Source: Nitrospirota bacterium (GTDB lineage: Bacteria > UBA9089 > CG2-30-40-21 > SBAY01). From it: a stretch of DNA of 18,861 nt. Below, in pieces: positions 7,669 through 15,844 of this stretch. Each line of letters begins with the position of its first letter. Position 1 is the first letter of the stretch. The position numbers were made by a program, and so were the translations under genes. The notes under the pieces were generated by a model. It was not told the DNA's origin. It ran no database searches and was given only the letters and a program-made list of their open reading frames with translations. The stretch lies in the NCBI GenBank assembly GCA_043816605.1, contig JBDRHR010000165.1:1-18861 (forward strand), in the 5' to 3' direction.

Positions 7669-8949
7669 TCACAAAGCCCATTCTAACGATTCTACCCACA
7701 CATCATCACCTTTTGTAATTTCCTTTTGGTCGGGCAAAATTTGAATTAAGCAATTAGCTGAAATCATAGAATTAAGTATGCCGGAACCTTGTGCCCCGGT
7801 AGTGGTAACTATCCACCCATCTTCTCCATAAGAAAGTATGCCCCTGAGCCATTCTAATCGACCTTGTTTTTTAGTCATTTGGAAGTTAGTCTTCGCCTTA
7901 AACAGCACAGTTTTATCATACTCTTTACAACCAGCCATTTTCAAAAGGGCACATCGAACAAATTTAATAAAGCTAACTATCACAGAAACAGGATTACCCG
8001 GTAACCCAAAGAAATAACAACGACCGATTTTACCGAATGAAAGTGGTTTGCCGGGTTTTATATTCACCTGCCAGAATTCTACATTGCCAAGGGAATCTAC
8101 CACTTCTCTGACTAAATCGTACTTACCTACTGAAATACCACCAGAGGTAATGACAACATCTGCCCGCTCAGATGCCTCTCTAAATTTTGTCTTGAGCATT
8201 TCCCTATCATCTTTGACGATACCCAAATCAATTATTTCTACGCCAAGAGAGGTTAATAACCCGGTTAAACTATAACGATTACTATCGTAAATTTTTTCTG
8301 GTGTCCGTTTTTCTCCAATAGAAATAAGTTCATCTCCGGTAGAGATAATGGCAACATTTAATTGGCGATAAACATTTACCGTCCCATACCCCATAGAGGC
8401 TAACAGACCCATTTCCTGAGGTCTAATTCGTGTGCCTGTTTGAAGTATCAATTCACCTTTTTTAATACTTTCCCCTTGAAGTCGAACATTAGCACCTTTT
8501 TTAATCCACCCCCTTACCCCCGCCAGTGGGGGACAGCCATCTTGAAATCGAATATTAGCGTCAAATTTAGTCGCTTGGGGTGAAATACTTACCCAATCAC
8601 CATCTTGTAATGTTACCTCTTGCATAACCACTGTATCTGCCCCTTTAGGCATAGGTGCACCGGTCATAATTCTTAGGGCTTCTCCGGTTTTAAGTTCCTT
8701 ATCAAAGGATTTACCTGCAGGCAATTCCCCAATTACCTGCAATCTTACTTCCTCTATTTCACTAATATCTTCATATTGGACAGCATAGCCATCCATAGCT
8801 GAGTTATTACAAGGTGGGACATCAAAAGAGGCGATTACATCCGTGGATAAAATGCGATTCAAGGAGGATATTACCTTGATTTCCTCCGTTTCTTTAACCG
8901 GAACGATACCATCTAATATTTTTTGTTTTGCATCTTCAAAGGAAATCAA
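7669..8949 (-). CDS. moeA: Molybdopterin molybdenumtransferase MoeA / gephyrin-like
   Basis: SAMDGYAV, VITSGGISVGKYDLV and GLPGNPVS are MoeA signature segments. The start is TTG with AGGAAGG 5 nt upstream. The gene is convergent with glnS, 14 nt apart. Confidence 0.85.
   Translation of the reverse strand: MISFEDAKQKILDGIVPVKETEEIKVISSLNRILSTDVIASFDVPPCNNSAMDGYAVQYEDISEIEEVRLQVIGELPAGKSFDKELKTGEALRIMTGAPMPKGADTVVMQEVTLQDGDWVSISPQATKFDANIRFQDGCPPLAGVRGWIKKGANVRLQGESIKKGELILQTGTRIRPQEMGLLASMGYGTVNVYRQLNVAIISTGDELISIGEKRTPEKIYDSNRYSLTGLLTSLGVEIIDLGIVKDDREMLKTKFREASERADVVITSGGISVGKYDLVREVVDSLGNVEFWQVNIKPGKPLSFGKIGRCYFFGLPGNPVSVIVSFIKFVRCALLKMAGCKEYDKTVLFKAKTNFQMTKKQGRLEWLRGILSYGEDGWIVTTTGAQGSGILNSMISANCLIQILPDQKEITKGDDVWVESLEWAL
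8475..8562. repeat. Intragenic insertion within moeA: a 44-bp GC-rich palindromic element flanked by 22-bp imperfect direct repeats (18/22 identical)
   Basis: The inserted 8497-8540 contains tccacccccttacccccgccagtggggga, which matches the 61-bp unit of the 5579-5857 element. The flanking direct repeats are cttgaagtcgaacattagcacc (8475-8496) and cttgaaatcgaatattagcgtc (8541-8562). The total length of 66 bp keeps the moeA frame. Confidence 0.6.
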
Positions 8950-8961
8950 TTTACCTTCCTT

Positions 8962-9030
8962 TTACAGGTATCAGGTGTCAGGTATCAGGTAAGATTTCTG
9001 CCTTCTAAGCCCTAAACCCTGAACCCTTAC
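8962..9030. repeat. Intergenic palindromic element of the GTNTCAG-heptamer family
   Basis: caggtatcaggtgtcaggtatcaggtaag ... ccctgaacccttac. The right core ctgaacccttac is the reverse complement of the gtaagNNttcag core seen at 15363, 15826 and 17192. It overlaps the SPFH stop codon at 9027-9029. Confidence 0.45.
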
Positions 9031-9794
9031 TTAATTTCTTTGTCAGTCCCAATTAATTTCGAAAAAGCTTGCATGAAATCTATTGGTATCGGAAAGACAA
9101 CCGTAGTATTTTTTTCAGTGCCTATCTCGGTTAAGGTTTGTAAATATCTCAGTTGGATAGCAGTTGGTACCTTACCTATTATTGCCGCCGCCTGAGATAA
9201 TTTATCTGATGCTTGTAATTCACCTTCTGCATGGATAATTTTAGCCCGCTTTTCCCGTTCTGCCTCTGCCTGTTTTGCCATTGCCCGCTTCATCGTCTCC
9301 GGCAACTCAACATCCTTTACCTCAACGACACTTACCTTTACTCCCCATGGTTCTGTCTGAGAATCAATTATTTGTTGTAACTGCTGATTTATCTTCTCTC
9401 TCTGGACTAACAACTCATCTAATTCCGATTGCCCAAGAACACTTCTTAAAGTTGTCTGAGCAATTTGAGAAGTAGCATAGGTATAATTAGTAATTTTAGT
9501 TACGGCATCTGACGGATTAATTACCCGGAAATAACATACCGCATTTACCCGAATGGTAACATTATCCTTTGTAATTACCTCTTGTGGTGGAATATCCATA
9601 GTGATAGTTCTCATGTCAATCTTATTCCATTGTTCGATATTAAAGGGAATAATATAGATAATCCCGGGTCCCCGAGCATTAACTATTCTCCCTAATCTAA
9701 ACACCACTGCCCGCTCATATTCCCGCAAAATTTTAATCCCACTAACTAAAAGCACAACACCTAAAATCAACAACCCTGACAAAAACTCTGACAT
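9027..9794 (-). CDS. SPFH / band-7 (stomatin-prohibitin-HflC/K-like) membrane protein
   Basis: An N-terminal TM segment is followed by an SPFH core ([16 protein letters not shown]...) and a coiled-coil, Ala/Glu-rich C-terminal region ([20 protein letters not shown]). The ATG at 9794 follows AAGGAGG. Confidence 0.8.
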   Translation of the reverse strand: MSEFLSGLLILGVVLLVSGIKILREYERAVVFRLGRIVNARGPGIIYIIPFNIEQWNKIDMRTITMDIPPQEVITKDNVTIRVNAVCYFRVINPSDAVTKITNYTYATSQIAQTTLRSVLGQSELDELLVQREKINQQLQQIIDSQTEPWGVKVSVVEVKDVELPETMKRAMAKQAEAEREKRAKIIHAEGELQASDKLSQAAAIIGKVPTAIQLRYLQTLTEIGTEKNTTVVFPIPIDFMQAFSKLIGTDKEIK

Positions 9795-9923
9795 TTTAAA
9801 AACCTCCTTATTTTATTTTAAATTTTGGATTTTTTTAATCCACAATCCGCAATTTCCTTAAGTCTATTATAAATCAAAAGATGTTTTTTGTCAAGATAAT
9901 TTTTTGCACGGCAGCAATTCTCA

Positions 9924-10835
9924 TTATTTCCTGAACATAAATAAAGATATACACCCTAAAATAAAAGTACCTCCAAGAAGTAATAAAAGTACCATTGCAT
10001 TAGAAAAACCCTTTTTGAGTAAATAATGATGAATATGTCTTCCATCCCCTATGAATATAGACTTGCCTTCTTTTAGTCTTCTTATAATAGAAGTGATAAT
10101 ATCGAATATAGGCACCCCAAAACATAAAATAGTAAGTAACAAAACATCTGTTTTTTCTCCGTTATTTGATATAAAGATAGAAATAGCGGCAAGTAAAAAT
10201 CCTAATAAAGTGCTACCTGAATCACCTAAAAATGTCTTTTTGGATAGGTTGAAGATAAAAAATATTAATACTGCTCCACAAAGAATGGAGGCTAAAGGTG
10301 TAAATCTAATCCCTTCATTAAAGAGCAAAAACATAGACGCAATAAATGTAATTCCGGAGGCAATACCATTAGTTCCATCAATCAGATTCATACCATTTAT
10401 AAAAATGAGAAACCAGAATAGATTAAGGATAATATTAAGGATTTCCGAATCAACGATTTTAAATTTTATACCACCAATTACCGCTATTAAACAAATACAT
10501 GTCTGTCCTACCAATTTAATATGTGCTTTAATATCCTTATGGTCATCCCAAAGACCAAAAATTAGTATTCCCATACCACAAAAGATAAAGAAGATATAAG
10601 GGTAGCAAGGATAATCTATGATGTCCGGATGAAGGAAAAAACTTATTATTAGACAAATATAGAATGAAAAAAAGATGAATATACCTCCTGAGCAAGATGT
10701 AGGGATTTTATGTATCTTTCGCTCTCCAGGATAGTCTATGGGAATAATACTACCCAGTGGTAATCTTTTGCCAAGGGATGACCAAATCAGATAAATAAAT
10801 ATCGCTGATAAGAAATAAAATAGATTCCAGAACAT
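9924..10835 (-). CDS. Polyprenyl-phosphate HexNAc-1-phosphate transferase (WecA/MraY family, PF00953-type), the initiating enzyme of glycan assembly
   Basis: The polytopic membrane protein carries the family motifs WDDHKD (DDxxD), NLIDGTNGIASG (NxxDGxDG), FLGDSGSTLLGF and GDGRHIHHYL (DxxHxHH). The start is preceded by GGAGGAG. Confidence 0.8.
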   Translation of the reverse strand: MFWNLFYFLSAIFIYLIWSSLGKRLPLGSIIPIDYPGERKIHKIPTSCSGGIFIFFSFYICLIISFFLHPDIIDYPCYPYIFFIFCGMGILIFGLWDDHKDIKAHIKLVGQTCICLIAVIGGIKFKIVDSEILNIILNLFWFLIFINGMNLIDGTNGIASGITFIASMFLLFNEGIRFTPLASILCGAVLIFFIFNLSKKTFLGDSGSTLLGFLLAAISIFISNNGEKTDVLLLTILCFGVPIFDIITSIIRRLKEGKSIFIGDGRHIHHYLLKKGFSNAMVLLLLLGGTFILGCISLFMFRK

Positions 10836-10881
10836 TGTTTTAATCTCCTCCTCGTGAACGGCTATAATTGCCTTATCCTGC

Positions 10882-11979
10882 TCATTTCAGCAGAGAACAA
10901 TACAATTCCTCATACATATCAACTATTTTGTCCCAGGAATAGTTTGTCAATACATGCCTTTTAGCCTCATCCTTTTTGGCATCAACCAGTTCCTTCTTCT
11001 CTAAGAATAACTCCAGCATCCTTTGAAGGTCTCTGGAGTCCTTGTTCGTAAAGGTATAACCATGTCCATTAATTGCCTCTAAGTTTTCAGGGATGTTACT
11101 GACTAAGACACAATCGCCATAATGCATTGCTTCCAGGAGAGAAATAGATAGTCCCTCTATCTCTGAAGGAAGAACATAAACATAAGCGTTACTGAACAAC
11201 TCCTCTAATAATTCACCGGTCACAAATCCCAGAAATAGCGTATTTTTATTTGCCTTTTGTTTAAGGCCATTAATATAGTCAATTTCGTGTTTTGCATCAC
11301 CGGCAATGACCAACTTTTTATCAGTCTTAAGGTTATTAAAGGCATCTATAAGATAATGAGCCCCTTTATCCGGCACCAATCTGGCTGCAAAGAAAATATA
11401 ACTATCTTTATTCAAGCCATATTCCAAAATCTTATTCGGCTCTCGTAAGTTAACTTCACTTATACCCGTTGGAATGTAGTGGACATTTATACCAAATTTC
11501 TCCTCATAATATCCCTTGAGAACCTCTGATACCGCAGTAACTTTATTAGGGAAATAGACGGCAGAATAGTCACTTAATCTTAAAAAAGTTTTTCCAATAA
11601 TTCCCCATTTAGGTCTTTTCCATTCAACTCCATGAATCTGAACCACGGTCTTTATCCCTTTTAGTCGAGGCAAAAAAGAAAAAACAGAAGGACCTACCGC
11701 ATGGAAATGGGCAATATCTACTTTTTCTTTCATCAGAAGGTGAAGCGTGGAGAAGAAGACAAGTGAAATTTTGTGTAGGCTTTTGGTATTGATAGCAGGT
11801 AGTATTTTGATGTCCATACCTTTGTATTTTTCCGGCTTGGTATTGTATTGAGAACTGCAATAAACTATAACCTCATGCCCTCGTTCCACCAGACGAGAAC
11901 CTATCTGTTCAGTTAAATGCTCTATACCTCCACCGAGAGGCATTCCTTTTAAGGCAATATAAGCAATTCGCATTTTCAA
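10882..11979 (-). CDS. GT-B fold glycosyltransferase (CAZy GT4-like, Glycos_transf_1)
   Basis: Retaining-GT4 E-x7-E motif (SEIEGLSISLLEAMHYGDCVLVSN) and an N-terminal GT-B Rossmann half are present. The likely true start is the ATG at 11973 (the track's TTG at 11979 lies two codons earlier). The gene overlaps the stop of the radical-SAM gene. Confidence 0.8.
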   Translation of the reverse strand: MKMRIAYIALKGMPLGGGIEHLTEQIGSRLVERGHEVIVYCSSQYNTKPEKYKGMDIKILPAINTKSLHKISLVFFSTLHLLMKEKVDIAHFHAVGPSVFSFLPRLKGIKTVVQIHGVEWKRPKWGIIGKTFLRLSDYSAVYFPNKVTAVSEVLKGYYEEKFGINVHYIPTGISEVNLREPNKILEYGLNKDSYIFFAARLVPDKGAHYLIDAFNNLKTDKKLVIAGDAKHEIDYINGLKQKANKNTLFLGFVTGELLEELFSNAYVYVLPSEIEGLSISLLEAMHYGDCVLVSNIPENLEAINGHGYTFTNKDSRDLQRMLELFLEKKELVDAKKDEAKRHVLTNYSWDKIVDMYEELYCSLLK

Positions 11980-12938
11980 TACCCCTGCTTTAAAAACTTT
12001 GTTTTAATAATCCACTTAATCGGAATGGTAATATTTTTTTTCATTATCTCTGCCACACTTCCTATCATCCAGCAATTCTCACGGCAATTTCGCACTTTAT
12101 CCCTGATTCTCTCTGCCTCAGAACCATTCCATATTTCCTTAAAACTTCGCTCTTTAAGATTACCCATAGTCTCTTCCATAACATTACAGGGTCTTATCTC
12201 TCCATAAGGGTCAAGGAAGAAGGATTCATATCCCATTTCACATGGTAGAAGTCTTGGATTACCTTTAATATAATTTATTAATCCAGAATTAAAATAAGCC
12301 CTGAACCAGTCTTTTATCGAGGGTGATTTTAATAATTCATCAATCAACTTTCTAAATTCCTCAATAGCTATTTCAGGCTTTTCAAACCTATTGTCGTATT
12401 TATGAAAATAATATGAATTGTGTATGGCCGCAGTGGCAAACTCCACCTTCATCATCTTAGCCAGATGATAGAGTTCAAGCATATCCCCGGCATTCCTGTC
12501 AGAAACAGTAATCCCAAATCCGATGTCTTTTACACCGAGGTGGGACAATTCAATCAAAGTCCTTATTCCTCTATCAAAGCCATCAGGGATACCTCGGAGT
12601 TCATCATTAGCCTTAGGAAGCCCTTCTATACTTATTCGGATACCAATATCCTGCCTTTTCCTGAAAAGATTCAATATCTTGTCTGTAAAATAGCCATTAG
12701 AACTTATTACCAGACGATTACACTTCTTTCTAATGACCGCGATTACCTCTTCTATGTCTGCTCTAATAAATGGTTCCCCACCGGTAACATTTACAGTCTC
12801 CATCTCAGGTAATTTCTCAAGCGTGTGTAACTCAATCTCTTGCTCCGGTTTTGAAGGATACTGCCAGGTATGACAAGTATTGCATTTGGCATTACAGCGA
12901 TAGGTTACAACAATACTGGCAAAACTAATCTTATCCAT
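11976..12938 (-). CDS. Radical SAM enzyme with a C-terminal SPASM/twitch-like Cys-rich domain
   Basis: The CxxxCxxC triad (VVTYRCNAKCNTCHTW) is followed by C-terminal cysteines (CEMG...RPCNVMEE...CRENCW). The ATG follows AGGAGAG. The gene is translationally coupled to the downstream GT4. Confidence 0.8.
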   Translation of the reverse strand: MDKISFASIVVTYRCNAKCNTCHTWQYPSKPEQEIELHTLEKLPEMETVNVTGGEPFIRADIEEVIAVIRKKCNRLVISSNGYFTDKILNLFRKRQDIGIRISIEGLPKANDELRGIPDGFDRGIRTLIELSHLGVKDIGFGITVSDRNAGDMLELYHLAKMMKVEFATAAIHNSYYFHKYDNRFEKPEIAIEEFRKLIDELLKSPSIKDWFRAYFNSGLINYIKGNPRLLPCEMGYESFFLDPYGEIRPCNVMEETMGNLKERSFKEIWNGSEAERIRDKVRNCRENCWMIGSVAEIMKKNITIPIKWIIKTKFLKQGY

Positions 12939-12992
12939 CTCTTTTCTCTCCTAATTCTTTGTGTTTCTTTGTGTCTTTGTGGTTAAAAATTC

Positions 12993-13197
12993 GGTAACTA
13001 TTTACTCAGATGAAGTAACGAAGAATATAAGCCACAGATTCACAGAGTTTACAGAGAATAGAAATCAGAAGTAAGAATTTATAATCTGTGAATCTGTGGC
13101 TTTTCTCCGTGTCTTGAGTGCCTCTGTGGTTAATCTTTGCTTCAGATGGCTAAAGTGTTACAAAATTCGTTATACTTCACTTGGGTAAATAGTTACC
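12993..13197. repeat. MITE-like element. It has 13-bp perfect TIRs (about 22 bp imperfect; ggtaactatttac / gtaaatagttacc) and an internal 17-bp perfect stem hairpin (aagccacagattcacag at 13029-13045, complement at 13086-13102).
   Basis: Read directly from the sequence. The right TIR overlaps the last 6 codons and stop of the methyltransferase gene. CACAAAG-type heptamers lie just to the left (ctttgtgtttctttgtgtctttgtgg). Confidence 0.45.
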
Positions 13198-14127
13198 TTT
13201 TGTCGCACATATCATTATCGACAAAAAATCCATTTGATTGATTTTATCCTGAAATCGTTTATTTAAGGATTTATTAACTTGTAGATACCCTTCTTCAAGT
13301 TTAGTTAAAGGCATAATTTTTATGTTAGTCCAACCACATTTCTCAAAAATTTCTTTATACTCAAAAGGCCTGACTCTATTTGGTGAGCCGGAGAATTTGA
13401 ATAGATTGTAAATAAAATCACTATATCTATATATGTTAAGTGGGTCTAAATCACGAATCCACATGGTATGGGTTTTTAAATCAACCTCGGCAATCAAGAT
13501 TGTGCCACTTTTCAGGAATTTCAATTGTGAAATGGTTTTCTCTATATTATCAAAATGCTCAAAGGCGGCTTGGCTGAAAACTAAATCTATGTCTTCTTCT
13601 GCAAAAATTGAAATATCAAAGTCTTTGCTCACCCAATAATTAAGTTTATCATTTTCCCTTACTTGAGTTAATTTTAGCTGTGAGCGCAAATAGTCTATAT
13701 CTATTTTTTTATCTTTTATAGTTTTGATGTAGCGAAAAAGTTCTTCGTAAAATTGTTCAGGAACTGCCTCAACCAGGTTATTAATATCAAGTGCATTATA
13801 TTTTTTCGCTTCTTTCATTAAAATAATTATGCCTATACCAAGGTCTGCACCTGGACCTAATTCTAAGATTGTTTTTCCCTTTAGACTGGATTTACTTCCT
13901 GAATATTCGTCTAAAACCTTTATCCAATGGTTCACTATATTAAAATCATATTCAATTGCTTTCTTAACTTCAGTCATCGGAAATGTCCTTGGATTTGTAT
14001 ATCCAGAGATAGAATGTCTGATTTTATTAAGAAAAAGAAAAAATAAACCAATCCAGTAATATATATAATTGTAAAATTTTGATGCAGACATTTTAATCTC
14101 CATTACTTTATGAGCAAGCCATCTCAT
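13177..14127 (-). CDS. Class I SAM-dependent methyltransferase
   Basis: Motif I is ILELGPGADLGIG, with an acidic residue after the following strand (NALDIN). A more likely start is the internal ATG at 14091 (MSASK..., GGAG 8 nt upstream) or 14103. The track's ORF overlaps the upstream GT gene by 20 nt. Confidence 0.65.
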   Translation of the reverse strand: MRWLAHKVMEIKMSASKFYNYIYYWIGLFFLFLNKIRHSISGYTNPRTFPMTEVKKAIEYDFNIVNHWIKVLDEYSGSKSSLKGKTILELGPGADLGIGIIILMKEAKKYNALDINNLVEAVPEQFYEELFRYIKTIKDKKIDIDYLRSQLKLTQVRENDKLNYWVSKDFDISIFAEEDIDLVFSQAAFEHFDNIEKTISQLKFLKSGTILIAEVDLKTHTMWIRDLDPLNIYRYSDFIYNLFKFSGSPNRVRPFEYKEIFEKCGWTNIKIMPLTKLEEGYLQVNKSLNKRFQDKINQMDFLSIMICATKGNYLPK

Positions 14128-15337
14128 AAACCTCTTTTAACCTCTGATAATAAATCTCCTGATTATATTCATCTTCAACTATTTTCCTTGCTTTCTGCCC
14201 CATCTCTGTGATTTTTGAGGGGTTTTGCAACATCTCTGTTATCCTGGCTCTTAAATCTTGTGCGTTTCCCATTTCAAATAACAATCCAGTCTCACCATGT
14301 CTGACCAGTTCAGGGATTCCACCTACATTAGAGCCAATTACAGGCTTACCATAGGCAAATGATTCAAGTACACTTCGTGGGTTGTTTTCATACCATTCGC
14401 TTGGAACTACACTTGCCATACCTTCTTTAATTTTATTGGCTAATTTTTCATCTGATAAATATCCTAAAAATTTTATATTTGATATTTTTTCTTTTTTTAC
14501 CTTTTCTTCAAGCCTGTTTTTTAGAGGACCTTCTCCTGCTATCTCAAGGTTTATTTCTAATCCTTTTACTGCTTCAAGAAGGGTTTCCAATCCTTTTTCC
14601 AGTGATAATCTACCGATATAAATTATGTTCTTTTTTTCAAAACTAAATTCAGGCTCTATTCTTGATGTATCAACAAAGTTTGGTAAATAAACTACTCTTT
14701 CTTTAAAATCAAATCCCATTTCCTCTATTTCCTTGATTAAAAACCTGCTGGGTGATATAAAATAATTTACCTTGTCAAAAATCTTTAAGACTTTATGGTG
14801 CAAAAATCCAGACAGGGCAATAACTCCACTTCCTTTTAAACCATCCCTGCATCCAACTTTTATGGCATTAAAATATTTTCCACCTCTACATGCCTCGCAT
14901 ATCTTGCCATTTGCTAACAAGAGACTGTTCCCACACACCAAATAATAGTCACGCAGATGCATAACTATAGGAATCTTTTTCCCTTTTAAAACCGATATAA
15001 TCGAGGGTGAAATACGATAGTTTATATTGTTCAGGTGAGCTATATCTATTTTATGCTCTTTTAAAAACCATTCAAGTTTTTTCTGAGATTCCTTACACCA
15101 GATTGCCCTTCCTAAGCCGGCAATCTTTGCTTTAACCGAGGACAACCCTTGAAAGTCTATATCCCTGACAAAATATTGACTATATTCGTATTCATAATTT
15201 TCAGGATGATGCGAAGAGAAAAAAAATACTTTATGCCCTTTTTCTTTCAACAGTTGTGCTGTGTTAAACAAAGAGATTTCCGCACCACCACGGGGATAGA
15301 AGAAATTATTAACCATTAAAATATTGAGATTGTTCAT
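14108..15337 (-). CDS. GT-B fold glycosyltransferase (CAZy GT4-like)
   Basis: The N-terminal LMVNNFFYPRGGAEI segment is typical of the GT4 N-terminus. The E-x7-E motif is present (SEWYENNPRSVLESFAYGKPVIGSNVGGIPELV). The ATG follows AAGGAGA. Confidence 0.8.
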   Translation of the reverse strand: MNNLNILMVNNFFYPRGGAEISLFNTAQLLKEKGHKVFFFSSHHPENYEYEYSQYFVRDIDFQGLSSVKAKIAGLGRAIWCKESQKKLEWFLKEHKIDIAHLNNINYRISPSIISVLKGKKIPIVMHLRDYYLVCGNSLLLANGKICEACRGGKYFNAIKVGCRDGLKGSGVIALSGFLHHKVLKIFDKVNYFISPSRFLIKEIEEMGFDFKERVVYLPNFVDTSRIEPEFSFEKKNIIYIGRLSLEKGLETLLEAVKGLEINLEIAGEGPLKNRLEEKVKKEKISNIKFLGYLSDEKLANKIKEGMASVVPSEWYENNPRSVLESFAYGKPVIGSNVGGIPELVRHGETGLLFEMGNAQDLRARITEMLQNPSKITEMGQKARKIVEDEYNQEIYYQRLKEVYEMACS

Positions 15338-15362
15338 CTGAGAAGTATCTCCTTAAAAGCTG

Positions 15363-15837
15363 GTAAGCGTTCAGGTGTCAGCTGTCAGCTATCAATTTTA
15401 ATAGAATTCCCCCTTATTAAACTTATCTTTACCCACAAATATTGCTGGACAATTTAAGGTAAACGATTAGAGAAATTATCATTAAATATTTTGTCCTGTG
15501 CAGTTGGAATTTGCTACACAGATTTATAATAATTTCACCCCTTCGGGGTTAGGATTTGTTTATACCGATTTTCTACAATCATATCACCCCTTCGGGGTTA
15601 GGATTTATTTATTTTGACTTTCTTAAATCCCGAAGGGATGACATTATTGTAGCACAATCATAAATAAACCATAATCAAATCCCGAAGGGATGACATTATT
15701 GTAAATGCAGAGGCAGAAAAATTGTCCAGCAAAAGATGTGGGACATGCTAAGATTATTAAAGGGGGTTAGGGGGTTGTTCCTCTCTCGATTTTTCTGGTT
15801 TTGGCTGAATGCTGATACCTGACGGCTGAACGCTTAC
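15363..15837. repeat. Composite palindromic noncoding element. Its 30-bp imperfect TIRs share the core gtaagcgttcag plus GTNTCAG heptamers. Internally it carries 2+2 copies of a 27-29-bp stem-loop repeat in opposite orientations.
   Basis: Left end gtaagcgttcaggtgtcagctgtcagct (15363-). Right end gctgatacctgacggctgaacgcttac (-15837), which is its reverse complement with heptamer substitutions. Internal repeats are tcaccccttcggggttaggattt (15536, 15586) and aaatcccgaagggatgacattattgta (15626-15652, 15677-15703). Confidence 0.5.
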
Positions 15838-15844
15838 TCCTTCC

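Noticed and set aside
15533-15704. Possible mini CRISPR array (27-29-bp repeats with spacers of about 20-25 bp)
   Set aside because: There are only two copies of each repeat type. The two types are in opposite orientation and the spacers are shorter than typical. The whole block is embedded in a TIR-bounded element, and no cas genes are present in the window.
15762-15778. Telomere-like TTAGGG repeats (gggggttagggggttg)
   Set aside because: There are only two units, in a bacterial context. This is more parsimoniously part of the G5-rich dispersed motif than a telomeric array.
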